DNA of 64,000 bases from Phoronis australis. Lineage: Eukaryota; Animalia; Phoronida. The notes below the pieces were generated by a model. That model was not told where the DNA came from, did not search any database, and saw only the letters and a program-made list of their open reading frames with translations. The translations under genes were made by a program, and so were the position numbers. Positions 12,176 to 25,179 of the stretch are shown one piece after another (position 1 is the stretch's first letter; every line of letters starts with the position of its first letter). The stretch spans positions 78,037 to 142,036 of the forward strand of contig NMRA01000709.1 of NCBI GenBank assembly GCA_002633005.1, written 5' to 3'.

Positions 12176-14947
12176 CAGGTCTTCATGCAGCGTACGTCCT
12201 GCAGCTAGGGCGTCCATTTGGATGCTCTAGCACTAATCTAGACACCTTGGCAAGGACGCCCAATGTATCACTTGGTCGCCCTGTGAATCAGAATTTCTCC
12301 TATCGGCTAAATCACAATCAAGGTCCATATTCTAGAGTTGACTGTGTTGTGGTCTAAAATAATTTTTTGTCTCTTACCAAATGCCCATTGAATCTCATAT
12401 GCAAAGAGTTATTTAGTTGTGGAAATTAAAACATCGGCCGTTTGAGAAATTTATTCATGTTTTTGTCTATAATTTCATACATTTTTAACGTTACGAGTGG
12501 CCATTTTAAAAATTACTACAATTTTCAGTTGTCAACAGTAGAAAAGAAATTTATTTTATCAAGTAAGCAATTGCTTAGATGTGACTGGGAACAGCGTGAG
12601 TCACTTTTAGAATCACTTAGATGAAGTTGTGCTTAATCATTGACAAATGGTAGGGTTCATCATTAAACAGGCACTCGTTACAAAATTTATAAATTTGATG
12701 TTTCTAACCCTCACCTACTGTAAAGAAGGTTAAAAACTAAAGTTTAAACTTTGTCATAAAAAGAACTGCAGAATATGTTAGCCTAGGCAACACAGCAAAG
12801 TATTCATTATTTAAATAAACCAAAAGTTTGGATATTGACTGGGTACTGCTATGTTGAAAATGGGCCAAAAAGGCTAACAAAATGTAGTGTACGTACCCCC
12901 ATGTGGAATTCAGTAACACAGGTGATCATTGCAAATGAAGTTATTGCCTTTTAAATAACAACGTGGTGCTTATTATCATCAAAAAATAAGTGGCCATGCA
13001 ACATTATGTTACCATGTGATGCAGAAATAGTGATGTAGTGTATGTACCCCCCTTGTAGTGTACGTACCCCCATGGTTACAAATGCCATGAAATTAAAATA
13101 TCACTTGCTAAGTGAGCAACACTGGTCGTAGACAGTTTCCTTCCTCAAAAACGTTAGGTTAAAAGGTGTTTGTTACAATTACATTTGTTTTGAGGGAAAT
13201 ATTTGCATTTGCGTAGTGAACTTACCCCTATATTTTAATTTGTGCCCATTTTCAAAGTACGGCAGATATGCACATGAATGCTGTGCTTTTTATTTTTTCT
13301 CTTTGAATAGATTTAGTAAATCATTTTACTCTCAGCAGATTCAAAGTATTTTTTATAAACCTGACAAATCATTGAAATGTAGTGTACGTACCCCTGTGTA
13401 GTGTACGTACCCCTGTGTAGTGTACGTACCTTCAACCTCTATGCTATAAAGTATTGCCCACACGTATGTTTACATACTGCTGTTCCCATGAACAATACTG
13501 ATATTTCCAAAATGATTCCAGTCTGACAAAAAAAAAACAATGGACACCATCAAATTTTTGGGCAATAAAATGCCACACAGGACTTGACTAGTACTTAACA
13601 TCCTAGAAGGCACATCATATGACAACTGATGTTGCAGAGGCAGGTTCTCTATCTCTCAAGACAACTTGCAACAAACCAACAAGTAGAAGCAGCACAAAAC
13701 TCGAGACCATCCCATACATTTGTAACTTAGTCAAAATTTGAAGTTGATTGATTGTGCGTTGTGTAAGTACCCCCAACCAGTACCATTTTTTACTATTTAC
13801 AAGTGGAACACTGGGCCTGGCATTGCTTTAACTATTTTAACCAACTGGTGAATGTATTGAAAACTAGGCAAATAGCACCAATAAAGTTTTTGAAAAAAGT
13901 AGTTACTTGTCATTTTCTTTTTGTACGAATCATATTGCACGAGAGGAAATTCTCATTATAATGTGTTAAGATATGCAATGTATCATCATCTAGAACAACT
14001 TGATCAGCATGGTAATAGCTTTTCTTACTTTAGTATGTGATACTTCTTCAATTTGATCAAGAACTTGTTAAATTAACAGCTACCTTATGAATTTTTGCAT
14101 GGTAGAAGTTGGCTGTGACCACAAGTTGTAGTGTACGTACCCTTTTGTACAACTGTGATGCATTAGGCCATAAAATTTTATTTGGTGGTTCTTGTGCAAA
14201 AATATTTTAGATTACAAACCTGGAAGGATGGTACTTTAAAATAACCCAGCTTTTACAGTTATATGACAACCTTCATTTTTCACCAAAAGTGGCCACCAAA
14301 TATTGATTGTGATTAGCTGTTTGGACACCCACATTGTAAGATTACTAGGACACCCCAGTTAATGAAAGAGAGGTTGAGCCTTTCAACTGAGAATATACAA
14401 TGTATATCAAATGTATGTAAAATGTTACAATGTTCAAACTATTTTCAAAGTATTTAGTAGACCTGTCAATCATAAGCATGTGTTTGGTTGCCAGAGTGTC
14501 TCTGCCATAGACATCTTAGCATCGTCTGTGCATTTTTCTTGTGTTGGTAACTACAGCTTTGATGACTCATTGTACATAATACAAAGCTAGTTAAGATGAT
14601 ATGATAAACTTTATAACAGCAAGTTGCACTCATCGTTCAACCAAAATCTGTAATCTGTAATACCTGTTTGGTTAGATATTTGGCTGTTTTCGTAAATTTA
14701 GGCATAAAAGTCTTGATCCACAGTTTTTTAGTAAAAAGGTCACTACAAGAGAGCTGTTTTAGTAAACTTATACGTAAAAGCCTTGTTCAAGGCATTTTTT
14801 GTGAAAAACCTCTTTGTGTATGGGGGGAGGGGGTTACTGGTGAGTGGTGGTGGGGAGTGGGGGTAATGCGTTGGAATCATGTACGCCCTGGAATATTGGG
14901 AACCCCATTTTGGACACCCTATTTTTGAAATCCTGGATAAAGCCCTG
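12176..14947 (+). mobile_element. hAT MITE family Z (8-bp TSD), copy 1
   Basis: Ends caggtcttcat / ataaagccctg and TSD atcacaga / atcacaaa. Inverted homolog at 45657-46649. Confidence 0.8.
12304..14319. mobile_element. TIR element inserted in Z copy 1, superfamily unresolved
   Basis: TIRs cggctaaatcacaatcaa / ttgattgtgattagctg. Absent from Z copy 2. Carries a repeated TGTAGTGTACGTACCCC motif. Confidence 0.65.
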
Positions 14948-16738
14948 ATCACAAAGCGTAAATCTGATGAATTCTTACTTACAATTTCACCTGTTTCGGA
15001 GACCGGGTTTCAACCACTTTTGGGCTATAATAAGCACCCCCTTCCTGTTAAAGCGAATTTTTCTAAGCGCCGTGGGCGCTTATTAGGGTGAATACGGTAA
15101 CAAAGTCCTCGGAGTCGTTCGCGGCTTTTACTACTTGAAAAGAAAAACTGTTAGTTTCAAGACCCAAACACTATTTGACACGACAAATTGAGCGCCGAAG
15201 ATAGGTAACATTGGAAATCAATTTAGATAGATTCATGTAATATGAAAATAATAAATTTAAACCTTGAGTTTATTTGGCATGTTTGAGACGACTCAGCTCA
15301 GTTTTATCCCTTGGGTAATTTAATACCTCTGTACCGACTCACTCCAGGTCGCGAGTGTAAAAACCTTGAGAGACTGGGTCGTGTTTGCCACCGAAATAGT
15401 CTTTGATTCTTTATTTTGACATTGTCACTTGCACACGCCGAGCAGCAGCACCTACACGAGACCCCGCTATGAAGCGAGAAATTGCCATTACCAAGAGGGC
15501 TGATTTCTCCCTACACTGTTGAACATTTTGTTGAGGTAAAAGATTCAAGTTGCGAAAGCATTCGCCAAGTTGGCGAGTGGGCTTAGGTCTACCATCGCTA
15601 TTGCTGCACAAAATTCGCCAATGGCGAGCTGGCTAGCTTGAGTCTAGACTGCACACAGCAAGATCGGTGTCTTTTTATGTGATTATTGTTTGGAAATAAT
15701 GATGACTTTAGTTATTTTTGTCTAGATGAAGCACATATCTGAATACTTCACAGATTTCATTAGAATTCTGTTGCAGTAAATGAAATTCTTCTTTGAAAGG
15801 GTGATTGTCCTTTGATGAGTGACTGGGATTGCGACTGTGAACCATAATTGAAGCATTGCACAGAAAGTGCAAGGCACTTTTTATGTATTTTGTACAATGG
15901 TACCGGGCAATTTCATTTGTGATGTACTTACAATCAGAGAACATTTAGACCATTTGTGAAAAAAACTGAAGTTTGAAGTATTTTACGTTAATATCTTAGC
16001 CACAACAAACAATTTAATACTAGAAATTCAGAGCATTCGTCTGTCACATACGTCCGTCACACTCACCTTACATAAAGTTGTCTGACAAAAATTTCTAAGG
16101 AAAAATTAGTATGTTGTACTTCTCAAACATTCCACCAATTCATATAAAATAAAAAGTTGTAACTTCATGCAACTCACAGAAATTTAATGTTAAATGTTTT
16201 ATTTTTCAAAAATTAAAATTTTGTGCGTCCATCTGTCACACCCCTTTCAAGGCAATTTTCTCAGTCAAATAAAGATAAGCGGAAAGTTGATGCATGGTTT
16301 GAAAGCTATCAATGAGACCTATCAATTGATTTATTAGTTATTTTCCCCCGAGAATTTTTTTCACAATTGATCGAAATGTTCTCTGATTGTACGTCTGTTA
16401 CAAATGGAATTGGTTTGTTGAAAAATACTCTGCGTACGCCCGTCCCACCACTTCAAAGGCAATTTAATCAGTCAGATGAAAAGATAGGAGAAAGGTTGTT
16501 TCATGTTTTGAAAGCTATCAGTGAGACGTAACAGTTGATGTATTAATCACATTCCTAGGATGGAATTTTTTTTCACAACTGATCAGAATCTCTGATTTTA
16601 TTTCTGTCACTAGTGGAATTATCTCAATAGTACAGTTTGCAAGCAATGGTGTTTGACCTGATTGTGACTTCAGTCAGTCTGTTGTTAGCAACCTCTAGAC
16701 TTGGTCCTGTCAGTGACTATCTTTCATATATCTTGTAG

Positions 16739-16898
16739 ACGATGATGGCGTCAAGCAATGAAGAGCAACAGAAGCTGACAGCATTACAGATGCAGGCTCA
16801 ACAGTGGCAGAGACAGAAGGAGTGGCGAGAATATGAAGAGAAGATGGCTGATTATCAGAAACAGATACGGATGCAGCAGCTGGCTCAGACAAATACAG
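16739..16898 (+). CDS. YLPM1: YLPM1-like gene, first identifiable coding exon (ATG at 16742 or 16745)
   Basis: Acceptor tcttgtag, translation MMASSNEEQQKLTALQMQAQQWQRQKEW..., donor CAG|gtgcac, ends in phase 1. Resembles the YLPM1 segment RLKQLQAAAAHWQQ. Confidence 0.7.
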
Positions 16899-17229
16899 GT
16901 GCACTTATTCTCCAGTTAGATTCATTTGAAAATTGCCATAATTTGAAGGTATTCTTTGTTTCTCTTCGCCTAACTGTCATCCTTAAATGTTGGTTTCCTT
17001 TATCCCCATTGTAACTCCTGCAGACAGGATGTAAAATGTTTTATTATACAAAATTTCTCTTAGACAGTATGTTTCATAAAATACTAACTATTAAATGAAT
17101 TCTCATCCAAAGCTCAAAGCCTATTGATTTAGCTTGAACAGAGCCATCGCTTAACTGTTCTTTGGTGGATTTATCTTACTAAAAGCTTGTTTTTTGTATA
17201 GATCTTGTCAGGAAAAAATAGAGGTTTTT

Positions 17230-17808
17230 CAAATATTGTTGCAAGAAACAAAAACATTCAGTTTATGAAGAGTTAATGCAGGAATGCAATGCCCATTTAG
17301 AAAAAATTGAGAAAATTAAATGTAAAATGCTTAATTCTTCGCTCAAATTGCAAATGCATTGAAAAAATTGAGAAGGCAAAGTATTTTTGTGGCTTGGAAA
17401 AACGAAACTTTCTTAATACTAAAAACTAAGGGTGATAAAGTCCTCTGGTGAAACTTTGACGAATGAAAAAGCAATTTTAAGTGAATTAAAATCTTTTTAC
17501 GAAAAACTATACGCTTCTGGAGACAAGACTTGTGGAATTAAGAATATCAGTGATGTGTGATGTGGAAATTCAAAATACCAAAAAATTAGCGACGTTGATC
17601 AAGTAAGTTAAGAATACTGATATTGATTTGCAAGACATAGAAGTTGCATTAAAAAAATGAAAAATAACAAAATTTCAGGAATTGATGGTTTTACTGTTGA
17701 ATTCTATAAATGTTTTTGGAAAGAATTATCAACTTTCTTATTTCGAACATTTAAGCACAGTTTTGAAACGAATGCTGTCCCAACTTCACAACTGCAGGAT
17801 GTAATTAA
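17230..17808 (+). mobile_element. L1/Tx1-clade LINE ORF2 fragment
   Basis: KYFCGLEKRN, LKSFYEKLY and MKNNKISGIDGFTVEFYKCFW match the linker and RT N-terminus of L1/Tx1. Frameshifted. Confidence 0.75.
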
Positions 17809-18118
17809 AGTTCAATGGATGCTGCATCCCATGGAGTCCATTTTATTATCTTCAAGTTTGCTTTTAGAGTCTGCCTCTCTGGGAAGTTTTATTTTTTTGA
17901 AGGATTTCAAGCATTCCTAGTTTTCCTACTTTATCCTGCTATTTCTACATTTTGTTAAAAACTCTCAATATTGCTCTATTCTTTTAGCCTCTTGTCATCA
18001 TTTCTTTTGTCTGGGTTACACACCCAAGCATATTACATGAAGATCATTTGCACCGGAACCAACTCGTGTGGTTGCAGCATGATTGCCTTATATGGAGTCC
18101 CTATGTTTTCTGTTTCAG

Positions 18119-18211
18119 AGATGCAAGCAATTATAAAAGAAGAAACAGAATTTACTGCTCAATATGATCAATGGAAGAAACAGTTTGAGGACTGGAGAGA
18201 ACAAAATAAAA
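18119..18211 (+). CDS. YLPM1: YLPM1-like coding exon 2
   Basis: tgtttcag|...|gtgaga, phase 1-1. Translation (E)MQAIIKEETEFTAQYDQWKKQFEDWREQNK joins NHPNRDQYIQYEQQWK, similar to YLPM1 QWEQQF..W....HPHKDQLQEYEKQWK. Confidence 0.8.
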
Positions 18212-18685
18212 GTGAGATCATAATGATTTTCCTCTACATTAGGTTACCTTGAAGCAGAGATGTGTCATTTTACTTGTAGTTTTGATTGCAAAAATTGCCT
18301 TAACCACTATTTGATAATAGGTATTTTTAACTATACTATGTTTTAAGTTTTGATAATTATTTGATGATTGACACTTTACTATATAATTTATTCTGCTACC
18401 AGTACTTGTGTTTACAATAATTCATTCTGGTTCCATACAGCACACATCACGAATTTTTGTCTTACCAGTCACCTAATTAGCCGACCGGTCGGCTAAAACT
18501 TAGCCGACCGGCCGCAGTGCCGACTCATAAGGCAACCCCCCAGCTGACTCTTCTGCCGACCTTAATTGCCGACCGGGTTGGCTACTATTTTTAGCCTAGA
18601 GTAGCAGTTGTGTAATACCGTAGGTTTTCTGGCTCATACCACTTTGCGTGCCATTGGATATTCATCTCGGCACAGGTTCAAATAA

Positions 18686-19204
18686 GGCGATATTTTTTCA
18701 AATGAGAATATTATTTAGTCTCAAAGTGTGCGGAACGGTTCCGCACTTTTTTAGTATCCACTTAGGGCCATAAAAATGGTATGTAACAAATCTATACCTT
18801 ACCCTAAACATGTTTACAATGTTACATTTTTATTTCCTCAAAATCTGCGTAATATTCCACAAAATCTGCGTAATATTCTGCACTCAGTGCGGAATATTCC
18901 GCAAGGCAAAAATTGAACTTCTAATTAAGACATGTTTACAATGTTACATTTTTATTTCCTCAATTAGCATTTTCTTAATTAGAAGTTCAATTTTTGCCTT
19001 GCGGAATATTCCGCACTGAGTGCAGAATATTACGCAGATTTTGTGGAATATTACGCAGATTTTGAGGAAATAAAAATGTAACATTGTAAACATGTTTAGG
19101 GTAAGGTATAGATTTGTTACATACCAGTGGATATTAAAAAAATGTGGAACCGTTCGACACACTTTGAGACTAAATAATATTGTCTCATTTGAAAGAATAT
19201 CGCC
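18686..19204. mobile_element. Palindromic Kolobok-type MITE
   Basis: ATAA|GGCGATATT...AATATCGCC|TTAA. Same termini as the 47084-56636 element. Confidence 0.8.
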
Positions 19205-21099
19205 TTAAATAAATTGACCTAGTTATACTGTGTCTCCATTACCTGAGTGAACATCAGATGTGTAACACCACTAATTCAAAGGTTGAAGGCAAGTGGTAAT
19301 ATTGAACATTGGATTATGGACCATGCAACAAGTTTTGGATTACAAAATGTGAAAGTTTTCTTTACATTTGATCTTTTGACTCGTGACGTTAACAAGTTGC
19401 ATTAGATTGGCTGCTTCCCGGTCAATACAATGCCGTACTCATAAGTAAATGCAGCTATTTTGGGTAGTCTTTGCCCGCACTTGTTTTTTCGGTTTGTGTT
19501 ACGTCGAACTGCATATCTTGTGTTTTTAAAGTTCTTCATGGTCTCTTATCACGCGCCCATGATAGTGGGATAGTCAGTGAGTTGTTGCACCGGAGAACTC
19601 TTACTCTGGTGGTTTTATTTTCATAGTCACCCTTGCAGTAAAGACGCGAAATACACATTCCCTTATGTCCTAAACTGACAGACTTGAAGGGCTCTAACTT
19701 CGAAACCATATGGTTACGATTTCCACGAACTTAGGCAATCACATCAACCACGGAATGACCACTGTTCAGGCTAAAACCAATTCTAGCTTTGCGCATTCCA
19801 TTTTCATGCATCGGTGACGTTAAAATCTGCGCTAGTTACATGTATCTGTTGATCGTTGACGTAGTTCCAAAAATAAATGTTTTTGTCAGCAACATATGAC
19901 AAAATATATCAAAGAAGACAATTTTGATCGGGAAGGTGTGAATATGTGGTGAAGAGGTATTTGTCTACACGCCATTTGTGCATGAATCTTTGGTAAAGCG
20001 ATTTAGCTGTCGAAAATAAATGAAAGCGAATACACCAGGGTGCTTTTTTTGAGACGCAAAGCGTCTGGTGACGTTAAAAGCGCATTATCTGGCCACCTTA
20101 GGTTGTAAATGACCGTGACGCTGAATGACACCTGGCAACTATGGCGCCAATATAAAATATCTTGCTTGCATGCCCCCCTTCCCCCTTCTCCCCGAGTTCT
20201 ACGCCTTCTAATGAGTCACTACGCTAGATTTGGCTCCATTTCAGTCCTAAGATTGCAGAATAATTCTTCTGTGCTTAGCTGTAACCATACCTACAATTTT
20301 TAAATGGCGCTCAATCTGAAAAAAAAACTTCCAGCAAGAGAGCGCTTTATCAGAAATGCCAAGCACATGCAGCGTTGTGGGATAGAGACATTGGCATTTC
20401 TGTATGTCTGCAAAAGTGCTTTGAGCAGTGTGCAAATTTGTTCATTTCGCTTTTCTGCACGAATACGGCCAACATGGTGAAAAAGTCCAGTTCTGAGGGC
20501 ATTTTCAAAAATTAATATGTTTTGTTGATTCATTCAGTCAGTGCACACGTCGTACCTCAAATCAACACGTGGGCAGAAAACTTACCTATGTAAAGGAAAA
20601 GTTGTTTTAAAAACTACCAGCTTCGTGTGTTGTCAGGGCCCTACCTTAATCAACCGAGTCTAAGTACGAAGCATGTCTTCAACGTTTAAATCATGCTGAT
20701 TACAGGGTCATTGACTCGGAGCACGTTCTTAGGCATACGTATATTGTAATATCGGTTGAATTATATGTAGGCCTAATAACTGAATAGGACGTACACTTAC
20801 AATTAGCCATTCACATTGAAAACAATCATTTTCATAATTTTCGGGAAGACCTTGAACTAAAACGATAAGACAAACACTACATACAATAGTACCGATTCTA
20901 CATTTGAAGACCACTCTTGTCAGAAAGAAATTCTCAACAGGAGATGTTTGTAATGACATGTTAATAAATATAACTTTTATTTGAATATGCACAGCTATTT
21001 ACATAATCCTTACAACACAAAGACAATTCAGTAAAGTCTTAAATTTAAGTAAACATTAAACCTTGAATCACAAAATAATCCTGCATGTCATCAAAACCT

Positions 21100-21320
21100 A
21101 TTTTTTGCGAATTGACGTGCCTTTTTACACTTAATGGTCATTGCTACAAGGCAAGTTTTCCACAGGGAATTAAAATCTTCCAAATCGCTTTTTCACGTTC
21201 ACTTTTATACTGTCAAGCTTGGCCGGATCCAACTTGTCTGTACCCCTGCTGAGTCATCATTTTTCAGTTTCAATCTGTTTATCCAAAGTACGGTCAATAA
21301 ATTCATATTACATGGGCACT
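21100..21320 (-). pseudogene. BEN-domain-like ORF remnant
   Basis: Frameshifted MNLLTVLW..GTDKLDPAKLDSIKVNVKKRF / EDFNSLWKTCLVAMTIKCKKAR fits the BEN pattern (LL..LF, LDP.K..I, W..C..A...KC). Confidence 0.5.
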
Positions 21321-21569
21321 GGACCAGTCTAAAGGACACGTGATATTTTCCGCACGCATTAATTCTAATGGCACTGAGAAAATCCAATCAATTGTTTGCC
21401 TCCTTGTGCGACTACGCATCAATTGTTGATGTTTATCTCTGATTCTTACCTTTCTATGCGAAGCATTTCGCTTGTAGCCGCTTTAATAAAACATCAAAAC
21501 ACCAACAATAGCCTTCGTGTGGTATTAATCAGAAGTCTTGCACTTTTGTCATCACTTTGGGTCTTACAG

Positions 21570-21900
21570 CATGCCTTCCGGGTTGATAAAACATTGTAAA
21601 AAAGCTTTGCAACATCTTTACTGTTGGTGAAATGTACAAACGCCTTGTTGATGACGTACACAGTGTATCAAAAAGGTCAGTCAAACATCTAGTCGGCAAC
21701 TTGACAAAAGGAGAAAAGTATCAAGCGAAATCCTTACAAATAATGTGCGAAAAAACTCAGTGGGCCTGCACGTGTGTTCATCGACCAACAGATGAAAGAA
21801 AACGATGAAACAACTGCCACAGAATTACAAGGGATGATAAGAGAGCTTTACCCCTTGGAGTAGATGCGAAACGCAAAGTATTGTGCTCTTACTCCAAACG
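21570..21900 (+). pseudogene. Tc1/IS630-family transposase N-terminal HTH remnant
   Basis: EMYKRLVDDVHSVSKRSV..KLSGPARVFIDQQMKENDETTATELQGMIRELYP..AKYCAL. The catalytic domain is not seen. Confidence 0.6.
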
Positions 21901-24900
21901 AGTTGGAAGGCTCTAGCCTTGGTGCAAAACTGTTTACTAAATTAAATACACTACTTTGCGTCGATGTGGGTAAAAACTGATCAAATAAAATCTTCCTTGA
22001 GTAATCTAAATTATTTACTGGCGTTGCAAAAATTGGTTTTCTACCGTTATTCTGCTGCTAAAGTTGTGTGATATTTTGCGTCGGCTTTCGGCACAATGAA
22101 ATATTGCGTCACCTATTAGCCAGTTTCTTTTTCCCAGATTCTTCAATTATCAAATGTTCTCCCTCGAGGTTGCGTAAATGTTACAACAAAGGATCAGAAT
22201 TGGTTTCACTACATTTATAAGTTTGTAGAATTCTGATATCAGTCACCCGAATTTTAGAACAAATTTTGCTGGGATGTTGTCATCTCGTGGGAGATGTTGA
22301 AAAAAATCTGGAAGTGGCGCGTGTCACGAATGTACTCCTATCAAAACCATGACACACCTTTCTTTGCTACAAAAGGCGGACAATTACGCAATAAAATGAC
22401 GGATGTTTTTCGCTTAAATGGCTGTAATGGGCAAGGTGATTGTCAAGCGGCCCCCAGATTTTGCATGCACACCCGTCGGTCTTTAGCTCATGTTGATACA
22501 AGTTTCACAATGAGGTGAGGAGCGTAATTATCCGAGCTCTGTGCAATTTCGAGGTCTGTCGGAGCTCAATACACAGTGGCACCTTCCTGTAGTTTGATGA
22601 TAGTCTTCATACAGCTAGATGGCTAGATAAGAAGGCTCTAACTTTGAAACGATGTTTTGACCCTGAAAGAGACAACAAATTCAGAATGATGATGGATCAT
22701 GGCTGACACTATAACCGATCATATTCTTCTGTTTACATGAGCTCATGATCTTAATATCTGCTCTATTTTCAAACCACTGTTTATGTTGTTCCTAAAATAA
22801 ACTTTTGTTCTATTGCTGAACCAACATATTAAGAAATTGTAAAAAGTAAATAATTGTCTGTGGGAAAGTGCAATGTACTGCGTGATGAAGTGGTGATCGT
22901 GAGCAATAACAGATTAGCGCAAATGCGTGCTACTTGTTGAGCATTCCCCAGCATGAAAACACTTTAGGTTGTAAAACACTACATCTAGCATTGTATTCTG
23001 ATTTTTGTGCAAATTTTACTGTAACATTTCAAATTTCTTGGTTGTTGGTTTTTTTTTATGCGTAATGTATGTTTCCGCGGTATCATGTAATGTTTGATTT
23101 TACCACGCCATCAGCAATTCAACATAAAGTTGGTGTTATTTCACGCAATTTGTATTTGTAGGATGATTCAAATTTACCACCTTTCAATAGTTGAACAAAA
23201 GTTGATAAACCGATATCAAGACCGTAATGGCCACTGGTGAATGAACAGCGAACAGTTAAATGTTTGTTTGGCAAAAGTTCACCCGCTAAGTCATAAAATG
23301 GTAATTGCCGACCAAGGAAACGCGTAATTCGAATTGGTCATCTATGCTAGATGACCACTTTGTCGACTCAAGTGCCGACCGCAGAGGCAACTCAGTAGAC
23401 GGCTGCGAGCAGACCATTGTTCGGCTGCTGGTCAGGTAGATGACCTGTTGTCGAAAATTCGTAATGTGTGCTGTATAATAATTCATTTTGATAACAATAC
23501 AACGTAAAGTTTGCACTTTACAAAGTTAGTGATATGCACACAAAAGGACCTTTCGCATTACTTGGGACTAGTATTTTTTCACGACCGCAAGAATTTTAAT
23601 CCCAATGTGCAAGGTGATTTAAAACAGTCTGTTTGTTATGGTATTTAAGTTAGTACGCTCTAAAAGACCGGACTAGCAAGTGTACCAAAGTTGGTCCAAT
23701 TACATAAGCGCAATGCAAAAAGTTTGGTCCGGACTATTTTGCTCTACCGTACTAACTTATCTCTCCTGCTTCACACCAGTGTGGAGTTCTTCCCGTCAGG
23801 TATTAGCCAGGATACTGATATTTGCTGTCGAAAACCCGGAGATTTGTCATGATTTGCGAGACATATAGTGCGGAGGCGGGGAGGTCGATAGGGGTGGGGG
23901 GAATGGTCGCGAGATTTTTAAACCAGTCGCAGGACATTTAAACAGGTCGTAAGTGCGGCCAAACCGGTTGATGCAACATGTTAAAAGGACAAAATTTCCC
24001 AGACACGGAAAACAGTCTAGTTCCTCAAAAAATTGCACCTATATCCTTCATTGTTGGCAAATGTAAACACTACATATGTCGTCACTTATTTGATTGAGAT
24101 TTTTGAGACTCTTAACACACAACAGATGATTCAGTTGTTAAGTTTCAGGCAATTGTTAATTTACCATGAATGAGCAAATTGCATGTCAATTCAGACAAAG
24201 TAATCTAATGACTTTTCAAAATCCTGAGTTTTGTACTAACTTTAAAGGTATTTAGCTGTAAAATAAAAACAATTCACACGGCTCAATTCATAACTCATTA
24301 CCTTATGGTCAGGTAGGACCTTTAGCCAAATATTTACAAACCAATTTTCTGATAGTAGAAATTTCGTTGAATTAAATTTTCTTCTTTATTCCAGTCTGCC
24401 ATGATCAGTAAAATTTAGTAAAAAGGAGAGGTACATTCATAGCAAAACAACAAGATCAATTGCATGCGTAAATTTCTTATGATGTTAGTGTTCAAGACAA
24501 ATTCTCAAAAACACTTTTTTCCAAATTAGCATTTTGTTTTCATATAAATCCTATTTGTAATAGCCCTCATGCCAAAGTGAAACATTTAAAAAACAATTCC
24601 TAAAGCGTTTTTGAAAATGGCGCATAAGGCATCCTGGTACCTGAAAGTTTCATATGAATCCGACCAGCCATTTCTGAGATACGATATTACGAAGTAAGAC
24701 AAATTTGGAATTTTTCCAAGATCTTGCCTAAACAGCAGAATTACAAAAACGGCTGTAAATAACTTTCAAAAATAGGGTAAGAAATACCAAAACAGTAATC
24801 ACTTTTCACTAACTTGTTCTCCAAAGTGACGTACACTGGCTCCCTGCCACTCAAACCACCAGTGGCTCACAGTTGAAGGTCCACTATGTCTGTTGCACTC

Positions 24901-25179
24901 TATAACCTGATTCCAAACCATCATATGCGATACACAATAGGATACATAATGAAACGAGATATGGGTCTCGCACTCAGTGACAAACAGTGGCACCGGTTTA
25001 TGCATCAAATCAAACCTGTTTACATGCTGTACTTTTAATAACATGTTTTAGGGATGAAACTACTATGTCTCATCAGGTATGTATCAGAGTTGACATTACC
25101 ATTTGTCCTTTCTTGTATGCAATAGAGCTGATGTTTGTATACCAAATGTGATTTGTGTTTGTATTTGTGCTGTTTGCAG

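Larger units (their letters stand above)
10929..15097 (+). mobile_element. Tc1/mariner-type (TA-CCGTATT end) MITE family M, copy 1; left end missing; hosts 12176-14947
   Basis: Right end ttattagggtgaatacgg|TA. Homologous in inverted orientation to 45394-57435 and in direct orientation to 62854-63445. Confidence 0.75.
18438..23473 (+). mobile_element. TA-flanked Tc1/IS630-like transposon, decayed, with nested inserts
   Basis: TIRs TA|cagcacacatcacgaatttt and aaaattcgtaatgtgtgctg|TA, GCCGAC subterminal repeats, and a transposase N-terminus at ~21570-21900. Confidence 0.7.

Noticed and set aside
18810-19162. Identical peptides encoded on both strands
   Set aside because: This is a by-product of the perfect inverted repeat, with no coding signature.
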